A stretch of 64,000 nt of DNA. Origin: an uncultured Actinomycetota bacterium. Its GTDB lineage: Bacteria; Actinomycetota; Actinomycetes; JAFAQI01. The notes below the pieces were generated by a model that ran no database searches, had not been told where the DNA came from, and worked only from the letters and a program-made list of their open reading frames with translations. Below, piece by piece: positions 59,141-64,000 of this stretch. Within the stretch, counting starts at the first letter, position 1. Every line of letters starts with the position of its first letter. Position numbers and translations under genes: made by a program. Where the stretch lies: the NCBI GenBank assembly GCA_963770565.1, contig CAVYQE010000007.1:32001-96000 (forward strand). The letters are read 5' to 3'.

Positions 59141-61147
59141 GTGCGATCGCTGGGGGACTTGTCCAAGACAGTCTTCATCGGGCGACCCCTGCGCAGTACC
59201 CAACTCGGCGAGACGCTGCTGCCGAAGCGGTTGGCATTGCCGGTGTTCGCCAGCGACGCGCTGTCCTCGGTCGCGTATGCAACCGAGGAAATCCTGCTCG
59301 TGCTCTCCCTCGGCGGGCTGACCCTCATCCACTTCACCTGGTACGCCGCCGCCGGTGTCGCGTTCCTGATGCTCGTCGTGGTCGCGTCGTACCGGCAGAA
59401 CGTCCACGCCTACCCCAGTGGTGGCGGCGACTACGAGGTCGCGACCACGAACCTCGGCAAGCGGGCCGGCCTGACCGTCGCAAGCGCGTTGATGGTCGAC
59501 TACGTCCTTACCGTCGCGGTGTCGGTCAGCTCCGGGGTGGCGAACATCACGTCGGCGGTCACTTCCCTGCAGGGCCACGCCGTCTTGCTGGCGGTGGCGG
59601 TCGTGTCGATCATCATGCTGCTCAACCTGCGCGGCGTGCGGGAGTCGGGGACCGCGTTCGCGATCCCGACGTACGCGTTTGTCGCCGGGGTCACTGCGCT
59701 GATCGCGGTGGCCGCATTCAAGCTCGGCGCCGGCCACCACCTCAGTGCCGAGAGCGCGCACTACCGGGTCGTCCGCGCTCGCAACTACTCCGGCCTGGCG
59801 CTGATCTTCCTACTGCTCCGTTCGTTCGCCTCCGGCTGTACGGCGCTGACCGGCGTCGAGGCGATCAGCAACGGCGTGCCGGCGTTCCAGAAGCCGAAGA
59901 GCAAGAACGCGGCGACCACGCTCGCGCTGCTCGGAGGCATCGCGGTCAGCATGTTCCTGGCGATCACGACCTTGGCGATCGTGACCCATGTCCATGTCGC
60001 CGCGGCATCGACCAATCTGGTCGGACTACCGCACGGCCAGGCGCAGAAGACGGTCATCGCGCAGGTCGGCGCCGCGGTCTTCGGGAGTGGCTCGTTCGGC
60101 TTCTACTACCTGCAGACCATGACCGCGTTGATCCTGGTGCTTGCCGCCAACACCGCGTTCAACGGCTTTCCCGTGCTCGCCTCGATCCTCGCGCGCGACG
60201 GATACCTGCCGCGCCAGCTGCACACGCGCGGCGACCGGCTGGCGTTCAGCAACGGCATCCTGATCCTGGCCGGCTTCGCGATCCTGTTGATCGTGGCCTT
60301 CTCGGCCTCGCCGACCCGGCTGATCCAGCTCTACATCATCGGTGTGTTCGTGTCCTTCGTGAACAGCCAGATCGGCATGATCCGGCACTGGAACCGCAAC
60401 TTGCCGCTGACCGAGGATCCCGCCCGGCGGCGACAGATGAAGCGGTCCCGGGTGATCAACAGCATCGGCGCTGTCGTCACCGCGCTCGTGCTCGCCATCA
60501 TCTTGATCTCGAAGTTCACCCAGGGAGCGTGGATCGCGATCGTGGCGATGGTGGTGCTGTTCACGATGATGCGCGGCATCCGTCACCACTACGACGTGGT
60601 GCAGGAAGAGCTCGCACCCGACGACGCCGACGACGTGCTGCCGTCGCGCGTGCACGCGGTCGTGCTGGTGTCGCGGGTGCACAAGGCGACCCTGCGCGCG
60701 GTGAACTACGCCCGGGCCACCCGCCCGTCGACGCTGGTCGCACTGACCGTCGACGTCGACCACATCGCGACCGAGGCGTTGAAGAGCGAGTGGGAACGCC
60801 GCGGAGTGCCGGTGCCGCTGCAGATCCTCGACTCGCCGTACCGCGAGATCACCCGGCCGATCGTCAAGTACATCAAGGAGATCAACCGCGAGAGCCCGCG
60901 CGACGTCGTCTCGGTCTTCATCCCCGAGTACGTCGTCGGGCAGTGGTGGGAGCAGTTGCTGCACAACCAGCACGCGCTACGGTTGAAGGGCCGGTTGTTG
61001 TTCACCCGCGGTGTGATGGTGACCAGCGTTCCGTACCAGCTCGCCTCATCGGGCCGGGTGGTCGAACGAGCTAGACCGGTCGCCGGTGACGTCCGGCGCG
61101 CGGTCGAGGTCAAGGTCAAGCCGGCGGCGCCGCCACCTCCCCGGTGA
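59141..61147 (+). CDS. APC family permease (KimA/YdaO-like K+ transporter)
   Basis: FASDALSSVAY, AYPSGGG, TGVEAISNG, C-terminal cytoplasmic domain SPYR...LHNQ. Confidence 0.9.
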   Translation: MRSLGDLSKTVFIGRPLRSTQLGETLLPKRLALPVFASDALSSVAYATEEILLVLSLGGLTLIHFTWYAAAGVAFLMLVVVASYRQNVHAYPSGGGDYEVATTNLGKRAGLTVASALMVDYVLTVAVSVSSGVANITSAVTSLQGHAVLLAVAVVSIIMLLNLRGVRESGTAFAIPTYAFVAGVTALIAVAAFKLGAGHHLSAESAHYRVVRARNYSGLALIFLLLRSFASGCTALTGVEAISNGVPAFQKPKSKNAATTLALLGGIAVSMFLAITTLAIVTHVHVAAASTNLVGLPHGQAQKTVIAQVGAAVFGSGSFGFYYLQTMTALILVLAANTAFNGFPVLASILARDGYLPRQLHTRGDRLAFSNGILILAGFAILLIVAFSASPTRLIQLYIIGVFVSFVNSQIGMIRHWNRNLPLTEDPARRRQMKRSRVINSIGAVVTALVLAIILISKFTQGAWIAIVAMVVLFTMMRGIRHHYDVVQEELAPDDADDVLPSRVHAVVLVSRVHKATLRAVNYARATRPSTLVALTVDVDHIATEALKSEWERRGVPVPLQILDSPYREITRPIVKYIKEINRESPRDVVSVFIPEYVVGQWWEQLLHNQHALRLKGRLLFTRGVMVTSVPYQLASSGRVVERARPVAGDVRRAVEVKVKPAAPPPPR

Positions 61148-62250
61148 TCGTCGATGTCGGCGCGGTCGGCAACGGCGGGATCTGTATCGCGCACGCGCCC
61201 GACGGCCGAGCCGTCTTCGTCCGCCATGCGCTGCCGGGCGAGCGGGTGCGGCTCGAGATCACTGAGGAGCGGTCGTCGTACCTGCGTGCGGATGCGGTCG
61301 AGGTGCTGACCGCGTCGCCGCACCGGGTGGTGCCGCCGTGCCGGTGGGCCGGTCCGGGGCGTTGCGGCGGATGCGACTGGCAGCACGTGGCACTCGACGA
61401 ACAGCGCCGGTTGAAGGCGAGCGTGGTGGCCGACCAGCTTCGGCGAATCGCCAAGCTCGACGTCGATGTCGAGGTCGAAGCGGTGCCCGGCGATGTCGAC
61501 GGCCTGCACTGGCGGACCCGGGTCCGGCTTGCGGTCGACGAGAACGGGGTCGCGGGCCTGCGGCGGCATCGCTCGCATGTCGTCGAGCCGATCGACGACT
61601 GCCTCCTGGCTCATCCGGACCTGCCGGTCGCCTCGGTCCTGGCGCAGCGCTGGCCGGACACCGACGGGGTCGACCTGGTCGTCTCGGACGTCGAGCACGC
61701 CATGGGCCGGGACTGGCAGGTGCCGCCCGGTGGCTTCTGGCAGGTCCATCCGGGCGCGGCGGAGACGCTGGCCCGCGCGGTCATCGATGATGCCGAGGTG
61801 ACCCGTTCCGATCACTGCCTCGACCTCTACAGCGGGGTCGGCCTGTTTGCCGGCTCGCTCGCGCCGCTCGCCGTCGAGGGCGAGGTGATCGCGATCGAGA
61901 GCGATCGGTCCGCGTCGGCCGCGGCCCGGGCAAATCTCGCCGATCTACCGAACCTGACGGTAGTGGCGTCTCGGGTCGACCGCTGGCTGGCGCGGACCAG
62001 ACCGAGTGCCGACGTGGTCGTGCTCGACCCGCCGCGCAAGGGCGCCGGCCATGGGGTGGTCGACGGCATCGCGGCGACGTCGCCGCGACGGGTGGTGTAC
62101 GTCGCGTGCGAGCCGTCCTCGCTGGCGCGCGACCTCGCCCGGTTCGCCGAGCACGGCTATCGGCTCGACCGGCTGCGCGCATTCGACCTGTTCCCGATGA
62201 CGGCGCACGTCGAGTGCGTCGCCTCACTGGCTCGTGCGGACGCGGCCTGA
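61144..62250 (+). CDS. TRAM-domain class I SAM-dependent RNA m5U methyltransferase (RlmD/TrmA-like)
   Basis: ALPGERV, CGGCDWQH, FWQVH, DLYSGVG, LDPPRKG, YVAC, DLFPMTAHVE. Confidence 0.9.
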   Translation: MIVDVGAVGNGGICIAHAPDGRAVFVRHALPGERVRLEITEERSSYLRADAVEVLTASPHRVVPPCRWAGPGRCGGCDWQHVALDEQRRLKASVVADQLRRIAKLDVDVEVEAVPGDVDGLHWRTRVRLAVDENGVAGLRRHRSHVVEPIDDCLLAHPDLPVASVLAQRWPDTDGVDLVVSDVEHAMGRDWQVPPGGFWQVHPGAAETLARAVIDDAEVTRSDHCLDLYSGVGLFAGSLAPLAVEGEVIAIESDRSASAAARANLADLPNLTVVASRVDRWLARTRPSADVVVLDPPRKGAGHGVVDGIAATSPRRVVYVACEPSSLARDLARFAEHGYRLDRLRAFDLFPMTAHVECVASLARADAA

Positions 62251-62612
62251 TGGCGACTCCGAGCGGCTGGCCGGCCGAGGTCCCCGATCCGGCCGTCGAA
62301 GGGTGGGAGCGGCATGCAACGGCGTGGCTGTTCGACCAGTGCCCGCCGGACTACCGGGCGTACGACGTGTTCCGTCGCCACCCGATCGTGCTCGCCCACG
62401 TCGCCAAGGCGTCGCTTGCCGCCGCGGTCGAGGCGGCCGAGTCCGGCGTACGGCTGGTTCGTCACGACCTGCGCAACGTGGTGCAGCCGGAGACGATCGA
62501 GGAAGCGGTTGCGGCGTACGAGCACGAGCGACACCGGTTGCGCGCGGCCGGCGCGGCGGCCGAGCTGATCTGGCGCGCCCTGCGCGGCGAACGCTGGTCA
62601 CCCCAGCTGTAA
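62250..62612 (+). CDS. Conserved hypothetical protein
   Basis: TGATG-coupled start; PSGWPAEV...WLFDQCPPDYR. Confidence 0.7.
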   Translation: MATPSGWPAEVPDPAVEGWERHATAWLFDQCPPDYRAYDVFRRHPIVLAHVAKASLAAAVEAAESGVRLVRHDLRNVVQPETIEEAVAAYEHERHRLRAAGAAAELIWRALRGERWSPQL

Positions 62613-62669
62613 TTTGCGCTTGCCGATCGACGTGACCGTCTGTCGGCGCTTGGCGGTACGGTCGCGGGC

Positions 62670-63170
62670 ATGCAAAGGGTTCCCCCGTTCGGCGATGAGA
62701 AGGAGTCGTTGTCCGTCGCGCTCGATCGGCATCGCGACGTCATCCGCTGGAAGCTCCAGGGCCTCGACGACGAGCAGGTGCGCCGCCCGATGACGCCATC
62801 CGGGACCAGCATGCTCGGGCTGGTGAAGCACTTGGCGGCGGTCGAGTACGGCTGGTTCTGCGAGACCTTCGGGAGGGAGGTGCCGAAGTTCAGCTTCGAC
62901 GTCGACGCCGACCCGGACTCTGACATGCGGGCCGAGCCGGACGAGACCACCGAGTCGATCCTGACCTTCTACCGCGACGCGTGCGCCGCGGCGGACGAGG
63001 TGATCGCTGCGGAGCCGCTCGACGCCGTGGGAACGTCCTGGGCGGGCGAGCAGGTCTCGATGCGCTGGGTGCTCATCCACATGGTCGAGGAGACCGCCCG
63101 CCATGCCGGTCACATGGACATCCTGCGCGAGCTGATCGACGGCGCCACCGGGGACCACAACCGAGGGTGA
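62670..63170 (+). CDS. DinB/DUF664 family protein
   Basis: [32 protein letters not shown]. Confidence 0.9.
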   Translation: MQRVPPFGDEKESLSVALDRHRDVIRWKLQGLDDEQVRRPMTPSGTSMLGLVKHLAAVEYGWFCETFGREVPKFSFDVDADPDSDMRAEPDETTESILTFYRDACAAADEVIAAEPLDAVGTSWAGEQVSMRWVLIHMVEETARHAGHMDILRELIDGATGDHNRG

Positions 63171-63216
63171 GGGACGCGCGATTGCGGACAAAGCCGACAG
63201 ACCTAGACTGAGCGCC

Positions 63217-64000
63217 GTGACCGACCTGCTCCAGACGATCGATGGCCCTTCCGATCTCAAGCGGCTCGAGCCGGCGCAGCTGGCCGACCTCGCCCAGGAG
63301 ATCCGGGACTTCCTGGTCGACGCGGTCGCCAAGACCGGTGGCCACCTCGGGCCCAACCTGGGCGTGGTCGAGCTCACGATCGCACTGCACCGGGTCTTCG
63401 ACTCGCCGCGTGACGCGATCGTCTGGGACACCGGCCACCAGTCCTACGTCCACAAGCTGCTGACCGGCCGGCGCGAGGCGTTCACGTCGCTTCGGCAGTC
63501 CGAGGGGCTGTCCGGCTACCCATCCCGGGCGGAGAGCGAGCACGACTGGGTCGAGAACTCGCACGCCTCGACCGCACTGTCGTACGCCGACGGGCTCGCG
63601 AAGGCGTTCGCCGTCCTCGACCAGACCGACCGCGCGGTCGTCGCCGTCGTCGGCGACGGGTCGCTGACCGGTGGGATGTCCTGGGAGGCGCTCAACACGA
63701 TCGCGGCCAACCCGCAGCGCCCGGTCATCATCGTCGTCAACGACAACGGCCGCTCCTACGCGCCGACCGTCGGCGGTCTCGCGGCGCATCTCGCGACCCT
63801 GCGGCTTTCCCCGTCGTACGAGCAGATGCTCGAGATGGTGAAGACGTCGCTGGCCCGCACTCCGGTCGTCGGTGCACCGATCTACGAGGCCCTGCACGGC
63901 ATGAAGAAGGGCCTGAAGGACCTGATCCAGCCGCAGGCGATGTTCGAGGACCTGGGCCTGAAGTACGTCGGACCGATCGACGGGCACGACACCGCGGCGG
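63217..64000 (+). CDS. dxs: 1-deoxy-D-xylulose-5-phosphate synthase (3'-truncated by window edge)
   Basis: Read from sequence: [44 protein letters not shown]...NDN; TAGACT -10 box 7 nt before GTG. Confidence 0.95.
   Translation, partial: MTDLLQTIDGPSDLKRLEPAQLADLAQEIRDFLVDAVAKTGGHLGPNLGVVELTIALHRVFDSPRDAIVWDTGHQSYVHKLLTGRREAFTSLRQSEGLSGYPSRAESEHDWVENSHASTALSYADGLAKAFAVLDQTDRAVVAVVGDGSLTGGMSWEALNTIAANPQRPVIIVVNDNGRSYAPTVGGLAAHLATLRLSPSYEQMLEMVKTSLARTPVVGAPIYEALHGMKKGLKDLIQPQAMFEDLGLKYVGPIDGHDTAA

Overview
High-GC actinobacterial chromosomal segment, inferred from gene content, codon pattern and many leaderless TANNNT promoters. It keeps the gene neighbourhood known from the mycobacterial/streptomycete sigA region (principal sigma70, second sigma70, suhB, DUF4193, DUF3093, dut, DUF3710, OB-fold, two trkA, APC permease, TRAM methyltransferase, dxs). 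Inserted blocks include an aceB-glcDEF operon, a three-subunit Sdh1-type succinate dehydrogenase, an ABC exporter, two ECF sigma modules and acyl-CoA metabolism genes. I found no rRNA, tRNA, CRISPR array, transposase or integrase. The most notable observations are: (1) a three-gene module of a 54-aa membrane peptide, a cytochrome b6-type protein and a strongly diverged subunit-IV-like protein with a large insert, lacking Rieske or cytochrome c partners and preceded by tandem DosR/DevR-like boxes; (2) two 165-nt, CTAG-bounded, centre-symmetric hairpin elements with identical geometry but covarying stems; (3) a fatty acyl-CoA reductase/HAD, Zn-dehydrogenase, LarA-like and acyltransferase operon that resembles an ether-lipid pathway and is heavily frameshifted in this sequence, probably by sequencing error; (4) two further dispersed palindromic repeat families; (5) a catalytically dead stand-alone EAL protein next to an alternative sigma70 that carries a region 1.1-like domain. 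All calls come from reading motifs by eye; no database searches were run.
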